From Felis catus (lineage: Eukaryota): DNA of 64,000 bases. Location of the stretch: positions 58,654,001 through 58,718,000 of the forward strand of contig NC_058368.1 in the NCBI RefSeq assembly GCF_018350175.1, given 5' to 3'. Shown piece by piece: positions 39,347 to 52,123 of this stretch (its first letter is position 1; every line of letters starts with the position of its first letter). The notes below the pieces were generated by a model. It saw nothing but the letters and a program-made list of their open reading frames with translations. It ran no database searches and was not told the origin of the DNA. A program made the translations under genes and the position numbers.

Positions 39347-40128
39347 AGAAATGCTACAGATATCTGGATGCTGATTTTGTATCCTGTGACTTTGCTCAAT
39401 TCGTGTACCAGTTCTCGCAATTTTTTGGTGGAGTCTTTCAGGTTTCCTACATAGAGTTATCATGTTCTCCGTGATTAGTGAAAATTTGACTTCTTCCTTG
39501 CTGATTTGGATTCCTTTTATTTCTGTTTGTTGTCTGATTACTGAGTCTAGGACTTCCAGTACTATATTGAACTACAGTGGTGAGAATGGACATCTTTGTT
39601 GTGTTCCTGATCTTAAGACTGAGAATTTTTCCCCATTGAGGATAATATTAGCTGTGGGTTTTTCATATATGGCCTTTATAATGTTAAGGTATGTTCCATC
39701 TATCTCTACCTTCTTGAGGGCTTTTATCAAGAATGGATCCTATATTTTGTCAAATGCGTTTTCTGCATGTATTGACAGAGTCATTTGGTTATTATCCTTT
39801 CTTTTATTAATGTGGTGTATCACACTGATTGATTTGCAAATACTAAACCATTCCTGCAGTCCAGAAATAAATCTCACTTGATCATGGTGAATAATTCCTT
39901 TTAATATACTGCTGGATTCAATTTTCTAGTATCTTGTTGAGAATGTTCACATTGATGTTCATCAAGGATATTGGTCTGTATTTTTCCTTTTTAGTGGCAT
40001 CTTTGTTTAGCTTTGGAATCAAGGTAATGCTGTTCTCATAAAATGAGTTTGGAAGTTTTCTTCCATTTCTATTTTTTGGAACAGTTCAAAAAGAATAGAT
40101 ATTAATTCTTCTTTAAATGTTTGGTAGA

Positions 40129-40352
40129 GGGGCGGCTGGGTGGCGCAGTCGGTTAAGTGTCCGACTTCAGCCAGGTCACGATCTCGCGGTCCGTGGGTTC
40201 GAGCCCACGTCAGGCTCTGGGCTCATGGCTCAGAGCCTGGAGCCTGTTTCCGATTCTGTGTCTCCCTCTCTCTCTGCCTCTCCCCCATTCATGCTTTGTC
40301 TCTCTCTGTCCCCAAAATAAATAAAAAACGTTGAAAAAAAATTTAAAAAAAA
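40129..40352 (+). mobile_element. Young SINEC_Fc-type SINE inside L1
   Basis: Perfect TSD taaatgtttggtaga (40114-40128 / 40353-40367); CpG-rich. Confidence 0.97.
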
Positions 40353-41229
40353 TAAATGTTTGGTAGAATTCTCCTTGGAAGTTATCCAGCCTGGACTCTT
40401 GTTGTTGGGAGATTTTTGATTACTGATTCAATTTCTGTACTGGTTATGGGTCTGTTTAAATTTTCTATTTTTTCCTGTTTCAGTTTTGGTAATTTGCATG
40501 TCTTTAGGAATTTGTCATTTTCTTCTAGATTGCCCAATGTTATGACATATAATATTTCATATTTTCTTATAATTGTTTGTATTTTTGTGGTATTAATTGT
40601 AATTTCTCCTTTTTCATTTGTGATTTTATTTATTTGGGTCCTTTCTCTTTTCTTTTTGATAAGTCTGGCTAGGAGTTTATCAATTTCTTTAATTCTTTCA
40701 AAGAACCAAGTCCTAGTTTCATTGATCTATCTTACTGTTTTTTGTTTGTTTCTGTATCATTTATTTATTCTATAATCTTTATCATTTCCCTTCTTCTGCT
40801 GGCTTTAGGCTTTATTTGCTATTCCTATCAAAACTTCTTTGGGTGTTAGGTTCTGTGGTTGAGACTGTTCTTGTTTCTTCATGTAGGCCGATATTGCTGT
40901 ATACTCTTATGACCAATTTTGCTTCTTCCCAAAGGGTTTGGACTGTCATGTTTTCATTTTCACTTACTTCCATATATATACATTTTTATTTCTCCTTTAA
41001 TTTCCTGGTTAACTCATTTATTTTTTAGTGGGATTAATGATCTTTAACTTCCATGTATTTGTGGTGTTTCCAAATTTTTTCTTGTGGTTGATTGACATCA
41101 AGCTTCATAGCTTTTTGGTCTGAAAATATACATGGTTTGATTTCAATCTTACTGTGCTTGTTGAGGCCTTTAACATAATTTCCTATTGGTCAGAACTGTT
41201 AGTATTTTTCTATACATTTTCTCAAACTC

Positions 41230-41522
41230 TCTCACACATTTAATTCATTTTTGTCTGATCTGCCTGGAATTCCATTATTCTTTATTTTTATTTTATATTT
41301 ATTTAAATCCTCTTTATCCTTCATTTCTTTCAAGTGTTAACTCAGGTGTTATCTTTTCTAGGAAGTATTTCTAATTACTGTACTCAAATCCAATTTATTG
41401 CAATGTAAATTTTAAAAACTCATCTATTTCTTTTATTTGTTTGAATTCCTACTGACAAAAATTGCATTATCCTGATTCCTGGAATGTGGCACATAATAAA
41501 TGTTAGTAGAATAAATGAATGT
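41230..41522 (+). mobile_element. L2 3' end
   Basis: tctgcctggaat..ctcaggtgttatcttttctaggaag..ggcacataataaatgttagtagaataaatgaatg. Confidence 0.65.
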
Positions 41523-42131
41523 TAAGTTTGAAATGTCTTTAGTTCTCTAGTTTTACATATACCCACTTTTTCCTAAAAGTAATTATTACAAAAGTTAAAA
41601 TCTACCCTTGTTCATATATAGTTGAGAAATTATTTTCTTGAAAGTAAGCAAAAACTGTTTACTCAAAATAAAAAATAACATAAGCATTATTCTAGTTTTC
41701 TTTTTTTTTTTTTGAGAAAATAAATTGCTCATTGAAGAATGTAATTTTTTTTGTTTGTTTCACATACCCTAATTGGTCTATGGAAAGTACAATGTGCAAA
41801 TTAGGAGTGATCAATTACTTAAGCGTGGTGTTGTGAACAAAGATAAGGGAAACCTCCTAGGACTACACGCCTACACAAAGTCAACTGAGGTAAAATCACA
41901 TAATTCATGACAGTCTTAGGAACTGTATAAATACCCTTTTCGTTAAGATAAAATTGAACAGTAACTATATTATACTCCATACAATTGCATAGATGTGTAG
42001 ATACATAATATAAAACAAATTTCTTAAAACTCTTTTGTAATTAGCCTCGTCGAATTAGTAACTGACTATATTTTAGGAAATTTTATACAGAGTATTTTAA
42101 TCTTTTTCTCTTCTTGAAAAAAGATATTTAA

Positions 42132-42325
42132 GGGGCGCCTGGGTGGCACAGTCGGTTAAGCGTCCGATTTCAGCCAGGTCACGATCTCGCGGTCCATGAG
42201 TTCGAGCCCCGCGTCAGGCTCTGGGCTGATGGCTGGGAGCCTGGAGCCTGTTTCCGATTCTGTGTCTCCCTCTCTCTCTGCCCCTCCCCCGTTCATGCTC
42301 TGTCTCTCTCTGTACCCCCCCCCCA
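42132..42325 (+). mobile_element. Young SINEC_Fc-type SINE lacking its normal tail
   Basis: Perfect TSD aaaaaagatatttaa (42117-42131 / 42326-42340); ends in C10 then TSD. Confidence 0.96.
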
Positions 42326-43161
42326 AAAAAAGATATTTAAAAAGGCATACTGAATGTCTTTAAACTGAAGATAATGAGTATGTTTTAGCTTAAAGTTTAC
42401 CGTATATAGCTTTGCCCTTGCTAGTACCACTTTGCCTAAAGAACGATTTAATTTTGGGAAAAAAAAAACAAACAAACTTGTGAAGATAAACTGTGGAGCC
42501 AGTTTTAAATAGAAGAGTAGACATTTTCTGTCCACAATTTAGGAACCAATATTCCAATAATGGATAAACCCCTAATCCTGATGTAGCAACTTTGAGAGAA
42601 GAGAGAATACTGATTTAGGCACTTTGTTTCAGGAGTTGGAATTGAGTGGGAGGCTATGAACTCTGTTTCATGCTGATGTGGCTTCTCCAAACCCAGTCTT
42701 GCCCTTTTATCAGGTTCCTTGGCAGGAGGCAAGCACAGATGGGTCATAATCCAGAAAGAGTCATTAACACTTCATCTGCATTGCACTACTTTCATTCTCA
42801 GGGCAAAATGTCCTGATGTAAAACTACCAAGTGACCTGAGGTAGCAAATGGCACACTGAAGACTTGATACTTGATACTGCTTCATCTTGTGGTTTATCAC
42901 ATTCAACTAAAGGGATCTCTCTCTCTTTCCCTTTCTCTCCCACGTTAAAAGACAAAAAACAAAAATAAACAAATAAACAAAACGGCACGTAAGCATAAAG
43001 GAGACAGAAAAGAAATGATTACTATTCTTAAATAGCGTAACAACACCCAAAGCCCTTCTGCAATGTGCACACACACACGAAGACAATCAATCAATCAATT
43101 CTCTCTTATTATGATTATCAACACCTGTATTTTCACTTACATAGTTTAAAAATTGCAAAGA

Positions 43162-43296
43162 TTAAAAACTGAGAACAAACTGAGGGTTGATGGGGAGTGG
43201 GAGGGAGGGGAGGCTGGGTGATGGGCATTGGGGAGGGCACCTGTTGGGATGAGCACTGGGTGTTGTATGGAAACCAATTTGACAATAAATGTCATA

Positions 43297-43336
<40 letters not shown>

Positions 43337-43340
43337 AAAT
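43162..43340 (+). mobile_element. Very short felid L1 3' end
   Basis: gagaacaaactgagggttgatggg..gatgagcactgggtgttgtatgg, (TAAA)n tail; TSD aaaaattgcaaaga / aaaaattacaaaga. Confidence 0.95.
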
Positions 43341-43387
43341 AAAAATTACAAAGAAAGAGCAGAAACAGATACATCAAAATCACCTTA

Positions 43388-43582
43388 GGTGTGCCTGGGT
43401 GGCTCAGTTGGTTGAGTGTATGACTTTGGCTCAGGTCATGATCTCACGGTTCATGAGTTCAAGCCCCATATCAGGCTCTCTGCTGTTAGCACAGAACCTG
43501 CTTTGGATCCTCTATCCCCCTCTCTCTCTGCCCCTCCTCTGTTCATGCTCTCTCTCTCCCTCAAAAATAAATAAACATTAAA
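43388..43582 (+). mobile_element. Can-SINE
   Basis: Full body; flanking repeat tcacctta. Confidence 0.93.
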
Positions 43583-43869
43583 CAATTCACCTTAAATTAA
43601 TGGCAAAAAAATTGTACACCAGACATTGCACAGAATCCTGTAACCTAAATATATATTTAAGTTCAATACAAATATATCTATAATGAAGAAAATTACATTA
43701 AAATAGTCAATGGCTGAACAAAGAAAAACAGTGGGATAAAAGACATAATTTGGAAATGGTTTAATAGGTTCAATATGTCTTGTAAATAGAATGTACATGA
43801 TTAAAATGAGAAATTAACTTCTTAGGTCACATTCATTTAGTGGCCTCAATGTATAAATGAAAAACTGCT

Positions 43870-44085
43870 GGGGCGCCTGGGTGGCTCAGTGGGTTAAGTG
43901 GCCGACTTCGGCTCAGGTCACGATCTCGCGGTCCGTGAGTTCGAGCCCCGCGTCGGGCTCTGTGCTGACCGCTCAGAGCCTGGAGCCTGTTTCAGATTCT
44001 GTGTCTCCCTCTCTCTGACCCTCCCCTGTTCATGCTCTGTCTCTCTCTGTCTCAAAAATAAATAAACGTTAAAAAAAAATTAAAA
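43870..44085 (+). mobile_element. Young SINEC_Fc-type SINE
   Basis: Near consensus, CpG-rich; TSD aaaaactgct. Confidence 0.97.
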
Positions 44086-44635
44086 AAAAACTGCTTTAAA
44101 AAAAAAAGGCAACCATTTTCACAGCAACTATAAGTTTTGTTGTATAGAAATAGAAGCAAAGTCTACAGAGCACATAATGTTTAATCACTTTCCCCCTTGG
44201 AACCAACCTTTGATTATTTATTAAGATATTGACATATGTTTTATTCAATAATGTAATTTCAGTGAAAGACAATGAATAGTCATCCTCTACATTAGCTAAA
44301 TAAATTTGGTTTATAATGTGTATCTCAGAATCAAAGAGGTAATAAAGTAATGTAGGTATTTTCAGAAAACATGCTTTGCTAAAGTTAGATTTCTGGAATG
44401 TCAAATGAAATGCTAAAATCTCTAAAATTTAGCAAAAATTGTATTATGCATTATTTAATATACATACCATTTCAAATAAATAATCAATGCAAATAAAGTA
44501 TAATTGATACATTGATATTTTTAGGTAAAACATAAAATCATTGAATTTTATGCAATGAATTCATAAGAAAAATGTCCACAATATAACATCAGAAATGTAT
44601 ACTTCTATTATAATAATAAACTACACAAGATGAGA

Positions 44636-44675
44636 AGACGGGATCGGTCATGTTCAGGGTGGAATGGCCGTAGAC
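44636..44675 (-). pseudogene. 5S rRNA tailless retropseudogene (5S nt 1-40)
   Basis: Reverse complement GTCTACGGCCATTCCACCCTGAACATGACCGATCCCGTCT matches mammalian 5S nt 1-40 at 35/40; TSD acacaagatgagaaga (44623-44638) / acacaagaagagaaga (44679-44694). Confidence 0.92.
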
Positions 44676-44721
44676 AACACACAAGAAGAGAAGAATGCAG
44701 TGATAAAGAAAACTTTTTGGT

Positions 44722-44949
44722 GGGGCGCCTGGGTGGCGCAGTCGGTTAAGCGTCCGACTTCAGCCAGGTCACGATCTCGCGGTCCGGGAGTTCGAGCCCC
44801 GCGTCGGGCTCTGGGCTGATGGCTCAGAGCCTGGAGCCTGTTTCCGATTCTGTGTCTCCCTCTCTCTCTGCCCCTCCCCCGTTCATGCTCTGTCTCTCTC
44901 TGTCCCAAAAATAAATAAAAAACGTTGAAAAAAAATAAAAAAAAAAAAA
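44722..44949 (+). mobile_element. Young SINEC_Fc-type SINE
   Basis: Near consensus, long A tail; TSD aaagaaaactttttgg. Confidence 0.97.
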
Positions 44950-44962
44950 AAGAAAACTTTTT

Positions 44963-45180
44963 GGGGGGCACCTGAGTGTTTCAGTCAGTGAGGCATCTAA
45001 TTTCAGTTCAGGTTATGATATCACCGGTTCATGAGTTTGAGCCCCGCATCAGGCTCTGTGCTGACAGCTCAGAGCCTGGAGCCTGCTAAAGATTCTGTGT
45101 CTCTCTCTCTCTCTACCCGCCCCCCCTGCTCACATTCTGTCTGTCTCTTTCAAAAATAAACATCAATAAATTTTAAAAAA
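44963..45180 (+). mobile_element. Can-SINE (older)
   Basis: Diverged full body; flanked by aagaaaacttt copies. Confidence 0.94.
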
Positions 45181-45191
45181 AAGAAAACTTT

Positions 45192-45383
45192 ATTTTTTAA
45201 ATTACATTTATTCATTTTTTGAGAGACAGAAAGAGATAGAGTGTGAGTGGGGGATGGGGCAGAGAGTGATGGAGGGAGATACAGAATCTGAGGCAGGCTC
45301 CAGAGGGCTCAAACTCACGGACTGCAAGATCATGACCCCAGCAGAAGTTGGATGCTCAACCGACTGAGCCACCCAGGAGTCCC
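45192..45383 (-). mobile_element. Can-SINE (older, internal deletion)
   Basis: Antisense body; flanked by aagaaaacttt / aagaaaactgttttt. Confidence 0.93.
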
Positions 45384-46312
45384 AAGAAAACTGTTTTTTA
45401 TGAAATTGGTGGCAAAGTAAAAATGCTCAGAATGTCTTAAAGTGAAGGACAGCAGTACTTTCTCCTACAGATGAATTTTAAAACATAGTAATATAAATTG
45501 CTTCTGTCAAAATATACAAAAACACATTTTAAAAGCCTTGACATGTGATTATTAATGTTCCTTGTCATAAGGAATTGTTGAATGCAAAACACTCCTGGAT
45601 TTTTCCTTCCTATTTTAAGACTTTCCAATTTCAATAGATTTAATAATTGCTGAACACAGAGTGAGGCAGAGTGATTTAACCTAAATCATTAAACTTTTTA
45701 AGACTCATCTATCACTAAAGAATCACAAAGATAGATCTTAAATATTTTCTTACTTCACTAATTGTACTAAATGTGCTGAGTAATTCAAAACCAAATTGTC
45801 TGAAAACAGTCTAAATTTTGGCATTTTAATAAATAACCAATTTTATTATTTCATAATATTAAGTTTGATATTTATGATTTAATTTCTTAACATAGCAATT
45901 ATATTTTCTAATAATACAACCAAAAGAAGTTTGGATAACCCCCTACAGATGGACTATAATCTGGTTTTAATTCTGCAAGTGTTATTTATTGTGAGCTCAA
46001 AATATGGTTCATGTACAAAGTGTTTAACCTATGTCATCAAAAGGCATACACAAATTAAAACTACACTAGAATTTCATTTCTCACCTATCAGATCCGCAAA
46101 AACTCCTAAATTTGGCAACATGCACCAGAAGAACCCTAATGCAATTTTGTAACAAAATGTGAGTAACTCATTATAACTTGAATATAAGCTTTCAAATATT
46201 TTCAAGCTTGTAATTGTTAAAAAGTCTAAATCTTGTAATTATGCTGCTGTCATCTGCTAGTATAATTTGTGATTGTATTAAGGTAATATTGGAATCAAGA
46301 TATGAAATTCTA

Positions 46313-46511
46313 GGGGTGCCTGGATGGCTCAGTCAGTTGTGTCTGACTCTTGGTTTCACCTCAGGTCATGATCTCATGGTTCCTGAGATTGAGCCCCGCA
46401 TCAGGCTCTGTGCTGACAGCTCAGACCCTGCTTGAGATTCTTTGTCCCTCGCTCTTTGCTCCTCCCCTCTTCTCTCTCTCCCTCTCTTTCTCTTTCTGCC
46501 CCCCCCCCCCA

Positions 46512-46542
<31 letters not shown>

Positions 46543-46557
46543 ATATTAAAAAAAAAA
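46313..46557 (+). mobile_element. Can-SINE
   Basis: Full body, C run and (TAAA)n tail. Confidence 0.93.
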
Positions 46558-46964
46558 GTGTAAAATTCCAAGTATCTAACCTTCTGCCCAGGCTGGTTTC
46601 TACCCAGCACATTCACTGGTTTTGGAGACAGAGAAACAAATGCATCACACACATTGTGTATTACACAAATCCACAGAAAGATGTCTGGTATTAAAAATTG
46701 TATAACATTTAGTTCAGGAAATGCATTAATGTTAAGTGACAGACTTTCAAATGTAGTGGAACAAAAAATCTTTTTAGTATTCTATAGCATATATATATAT
46801 ATATATATATAGAAAGAGAGAGAGAGAGGCAGAAAATGATTTATGAAATTTATAAATTTGCTTATTGCTACATTTTTATTAAGTGAGGAATAAAATAAAG
46901 TACAATAATAAAATAATAAGAATTATTCTTTTATGAATTTGGCCAAAATTATGGATCTTTTTTC

Positions 46965-47412
46965 CATCAAAGGTCTTGTTCTAGAAAGTTGATACCAAGA
47001 AATAGAAGTACAGCAGATTTAATAGGGATAACATCTATGAAAAGATAAAAGGTAGAGCAGGAGTTAGCAGGTAAAGCCCTCATAAATCATGCAAGTCTGA
47101 CATCTTTGCAAGGAATGAGGAAGGACAACTGGGTGGCTGAGCAGGTGAGCATCAGACTACAACACGGCTCTGAGAAAGTCTTGGCCAGCTCAACTGGAAC
47201 ACAGGTGCAAAGTTTGCCCATAGAAGATCACATATTGAGCAGAAACGGTCACACGTAGACTGGAGGTACCTCAGAAAAGCATGGCCTCTGATCAAATGTA
47301 CTGGCAAGTCCTGAAGGCACTGCAGCTGGAAAGCTGTTGGCTAAATGTAGTTCTCATAGTTTATTGGGAATTTCTCACTTAGAATTGACTGGCATGCTTC
47401 CATGACTGCCCC
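46965..47412 (-). mobile_element. LTR16-like ERVL solo LTR
   Basis: gcaagtctgaca, ctcagactac-like..ctctgagaaagtcttggccag, agcatggcctc, ends ccatgactgcc. Confidence 0.7.
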
Positions 47413-47892
47413 TGGGCCATTTTCTTATTAGTATGTAGAAACATAAAGCCTTTGGCAGAGATGTGTAATGTGAGTGCTACATTTTGCCCTGACTTCTGCA
47501 GAGTGGCTTAAAAATTATTTATAACTATTTGATTTTTTCATTTTGTTTTTTTATTGTTTGTTTGTTTGGTTGGTTGGTTTTTAATTTTATAGACCACCTT
47601 GGAGAAGCAATAGATCCCATGGACAAACCACAGATGCATTACGTTTTGCAGGACTTACGAAAATAAAATAATCTTTCCATTTTAAAACTTTAAGAAATGT
47701 CTTTTTTTGAAGAGACAACTGATTTAATATGATCGGTTTTATATTAAATATCTGAAGTATATTATTAGCTCCTTCAGTTAATTACATATGAAAAATCATG
47801 TGTAAAGTATTGACATCAGCCTGCAGATCATCTGACAAGTCCTTTTCTTGACAATGGTTGTCAAGAGTTCTCTTTAAAAAGCATTTTTCACA

Positions 47893-48084
47893 GGGCACCT
47901 GGGTGGCTCAGTTGTTTGAGGATCGGACTTCAAGTTAGGTTATGATCTCATGGTTGGTGACTTCGAGCCCCACAGGGGGCTTACTGCTGTCAGCGCTGAG
48001 CTTGCTTTGGAATTTCTGTCCCCCTCTCTCTGCCCCTCCCCTGCTTGCACTGTCTCAAAAATAAAATAGAGTAAACATTAAAAA
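47893..48084 (+). mobile_element. Can-SINE
   Basis: TSD aaaaagcatttttc / aaaaagtatttttc. Confidence 0.93.
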
Positions 48085-48170
48085 AAAAGTATTTTTCCCA
48101 AATCATGTTTTTAGACCATCAAGTATGATATCAATAATACAAACTCACAGGGCAAAGCCAGGATAATTTT

Positions 48171-48409
48171 TTTTTCTTTCATTACTTTTTTCCCCAATTT
48201 TTTACTTAAATTCCAGTTAGCTAGCATATGATGCAATATTAGTTTTAGGAGTAGAATTTTGTTATCGATCACTTACATACAATACACAGTGTTCATCACA
48301 AGTGCCCTCCTTAATGCCCATCACCTGTTTAACCCATCCTTCTGTCCACATCCCCTTCGGCAACACTCAGTTTCTTCTCTATAGTTAAGAGTCTCTTTTA
48401 TGGTTTGAG
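48171..48409 (-). mobile_element. Short carnivore L1 3' end
   Basis: TSD agccaggataatttt (48156-48170) / agccaggctaatttt (48410-48424); catcacaagtgccctccttaatgcccatcacc. Confidence 0.92.
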
Positions 48410-48450
48410 AGCCAGGCTAATTTTTACTTTTCATTGAAAATATTTATTTA

Positions 48451-48660
48451 GGGGCGCCTGGGTGGCTCGATCGGTTAAGCGTCCGACTTCAGCTCAGGTC
48501 ATGATCTCACAGTTCGTGAGTTCGAGCCCCGCGTCAGGCTCTGTGCTGACAGCTTGGAGCCTGTTTCGGATTCTGTGTCTCCCTCTCTCTCTGCCCCTCC
48601 CCTGTTCATGCTCTGTCTCTCTCTGTCTCGAAAATAAATAAACGTTAAAAAAAATTAAAA
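48451..48660 (+). mobile_element. SINEC_Fc-type SINE
   Basis: Near consensus, CpG-rich; flanking repeat atttattta. Confidence 0.96.
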
Positions 48661-49154
48661 AAAAATTTATTTAAAGGTTCTATTTAAAACCAAGAAAAAA
48701 AAAGTTTTATCTAATTCATCCAACTTTTGCAACTACCCTGTCTTTATTATGCAAACAAATTCACCTTTGACCAAGCAACATATGCTTACATTTACTTCCC
48801 TCAGGAAAATTACTGAAATGAGACTCATGATAACGATGCATTTCATTTACAGTATTTCTCACTTAATCCCAAAGCATTTATCCAGTTTTAAAATTTAGAA
48901 TTGAATAGAGATGATGTCTAGCATATTCATCTCTTTTTAATACCAATATTTAAATGATAATGAAAACAAAAAATGAAGAGTCACATATTTCCTCTCTTTT
49001 TCAGGAAGAAGTGAAAGAAAACCATTAAAGCTAACATGACTATAAATAACATGCACTACATTTTCAAAATTAGCAGTCATATGTTATTTTTGCTAGCAAT
49101 TAAGAAAAATTTTGAGCATAATAAAGTGGTAAGAGGAGTATTTAAACCCTATAG

Positions 49155-49394
49155 TGTTAAGGACTGAACATTTGTGTCCATCCTCCTAAATTCATATGTT
49201 GAAATCCCAATCCCCAATGTGACTATATTTAGACACAAGTCCTTTGAGGAGATGATAAAGGGTAACTGGGGTTACAAGGATAGGGTTTCAGACATTGATC
49301 TTGGACTTCCCAGCTTTCACAACTGTGATAAATTTCTGTTGTTTAAGCCACTCAGGCTATATTTTTTGTTATGGCAGCCCAAGCACTATAAGAC
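49155..49394 (+). mobile_element. MaLR (MLT1A/MST-like) solo LTR with internal deletion
   Basis: aaattcatatgttgaaatcccaatccccaatgtga..ttgatcttggacttcccagc..aaatttctgttgtttaagccac..ttgttatggcagccc. Confidence 0.85.
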
Positions 49395-50087
49395 GTATAG
49401 TTAATTGTTATCTAACTTACTTAGATGTGGTCTAAATATCACCATTGTCCCTGAAAAAATGTATATATATTTTTTAACTTAAAAGTGTTTCTAAATAAAG
49501 ACTAGTAATTAGTCACTGTGCGATCATTCATCTTTTCCAAAAGCTCACCATTGAGCTAATGAATATTTGCAATGTATTTTGAAATTATTATCAATATTTA
49601 AGTTTTACCATTATTATGTTCACTTTTTCAAAAATAATCTCAGAATACATCCATCTCATTTTGCATGTTTGAAATGTTTAGGGTTCCTTAGTGAACTAAT
49701 GCAGATAATCAGTTTAGCTCACATTGCTCAGGTTTTTGCTTAACTCTGAACTACTTTCCTTGGAATTTAAGTTTCTATTATGGAATTCTATACATTAATA
49801 AAAGTAGATATTCCTAGGATGTGAAATGTTAAAATCATCTGATTTTTCTTATAAAAAACTACCATTTTGAGAATTAATTGGACTTTCCTTACATCATTTT
49901 CTATACTTTTGATATCTCCTAACATCCTCCTTAATTTTCTTTCTTAAAAAATTAACTAATAGTATTTTGTAATTTACATATAATATTTTACAAAATTTAT
50001 AAACAGTTGTGTATAGCTAATAATTAATAGTTAAAATGTTAACTCAATCCAGAGAAAATTTGGTACTGAATGATGTAAGGTCACTAG

Positions 50088-50232
50088 CAATAATATATAA
50101 TAATATAATATAATACAATAATAATATAATAATATATGTTAATATAATATAATACATATTAACAATTAGTATACATAATTAGTACTATAATATATATTCA
50201 TATAATATATATGTATTCAACATATATATACA
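50088..50232. repeat. (TAATA/TA)n low-complexity tract
   Basis: taatatataataatataatataataca... Confidence 0.85.
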
Positions 50233-50234
50233 TC

Positions 50235-50668
50235 TTTTGTGTTTTTTAATAAAGATCTTATTTATTTAAAGTGTATATGATGTTTTAATATGCTTAATGA
50301 AATAATTACTGCAGTCAACCTAATTAACGTGTCATTTCCTCATAAAGCTACCATTTTTGTCTGTGATGAGAGCAGCTGAAATGTGCTTTCTTAGCAAATT
50401 TCCAGTATTCAATACAGCATTATTAATGATAAACATCATGCTACACATTAAATGTCTAGACTTACTCATCCTGCATAACTGTAACTTTGTTCATGTTGAC
50501 CAACATCTCATTTCCCCCACCTCCCAACTGCTGGTAACCGCCATTCTACTTTCTGCTTTTATGTATTTGACGCTACGATTCCAAATATAAGTGAGGCTGT
50601 GGGGTCTTTTTCTCTCATGCCTGGCTTATTTCACTTCATATAATGTCCTCTAGGATGTTTCAACAAAC
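50235..50668 (-). mobile_element. Old L1MA-type 3' end
   Basis: tagacttactcatcctgcataactg, ctggtaaccgccattctacttt, cctggcttatttcactt. Confidence 0.85.
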
Positions 50669-52123
50669 AAGACCTTTTGCTTTTAATGCCAGCATATAAG
50701 GTGCCCATGCAAAGTAATTGTTTTATTGTTTTAACCATCTATGTTCTCCATTTTTATTACCACGTATTTCACTGACTGCTTCTATGTTTGTGTTTGGAGA
50801 TGAATTTGAAACATATAGAGTTTATTTGGATGTTTATTAGTGTTTAAAAACAGTGAATTGTCTGTTAATATTCCAGAAGTAGTCATTTCAAACTTTGGGA
50901 AAGAATTGTTATCCAAAGTTTATTCATCTTTGATAGTAAATAGTAAATAAGCCTGTAATTTCCGTATGATTGCTCCATCGTGTATTAACCAAGTTGCGTA
51001 TATATGCACAGGGTCTTCAACAATTTATGGATACTTTCTGATGTCTCCTGTACTGGTTAAGTGGCCTTATCCATTGGATCTTTCTTTTCCCTGAAATCTC
51101 CACCAGGCCACTGTCCTTACTTTTATCTACATCTCCAAACAACACTCCACTCTTCCCTTTTTTATGTAAACTTCTGTTTGTCCTTTTAAACTCATTTCTA
51201 ATATCTGATTACTAAAAAATGTTTACAACTCTTTGATCTAGTTAACTATTTATTTGTCCAATTGCTGAATTATATACATTCTTTAATTTTATAGTTGTAA
51301 CACTGCATTTGTACAGTGGAGCAAGAAAATTTCCAAGCTGAAGAAATCAGATATTGTTATTCTGAAATCTCAAAATTTAGAATAACTTTGTTCTTGAATG
51401 CAAGATATATATATATATATATGGAAACTTCTGTGTATCTTCAAAGTGATTGTATTTTCCAAAATATATCAAGAGGAATTTCCAAGATTAGCTGTAGAGA
51501 TGATATTTTCCACCAACATCATTGTAGGAACAGTATATCCTTGTAGATGAAGTCTTTATTTCTAACCACACATGATGGTCAATAACCATTGGCAGCGAAA
51601 GTGTCCCTTGTCATTCGGGGAAATCAGTCCTAACACAGTGGTTAACTGCAATGTCACTGCATGGTCAGAAGCAAGTCTGTGATTTGGGGTTAGCTCTACT
51701 CTGATATTCCTTTGAACCATGTTTCAATAGACAGGGTAGTAATTATCACATTCTGGATTAAACTGTCTCTATGGCACAGTTCACATAGTTCACAACTATA
51801 TATCATTATAAAAGCCTCCACTCAGTCACCATGATAATAACACCATTTTTGCATTTTGTTTTTATGTGATAAGAAAATAAATGATACTGTATCAATTTTA
51901 TATGGAGAAATATTCTGACATTTCTAAGAATGCTTTTTCCAATGAATTTACTATCTGAGTCATAAGTTGAGAATATTAGATATACAGTGAATCTTAGAGG
52001 TACCATAAAATTGTCAAAACTCTTCATACTGAAATTAGAGAAAAAGTGAAACGTATTATTCCACATCTTTTGTTTTCTATAGCAGAAAGTGATACAAAGA
52101 TTTAGGATGGATAAAAAAGACAA

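Larger units (their letters stand above)
38356..41168 (-). mobile_element. Internal LINE-1 ORF2 segment truncated at both ends
   Basis: ORF2 remnants ([21 protein letters not shown]) but no 3'UTR, tail or TSD seen. Confidence 0.93.

Noticed and set aside
44706..45398. Regularly spaced direct repeats suggesting a CRISPR-like array
   Set aside because: Repeats are target-site duplications and the spacers are SINEs; eukaryotic context.
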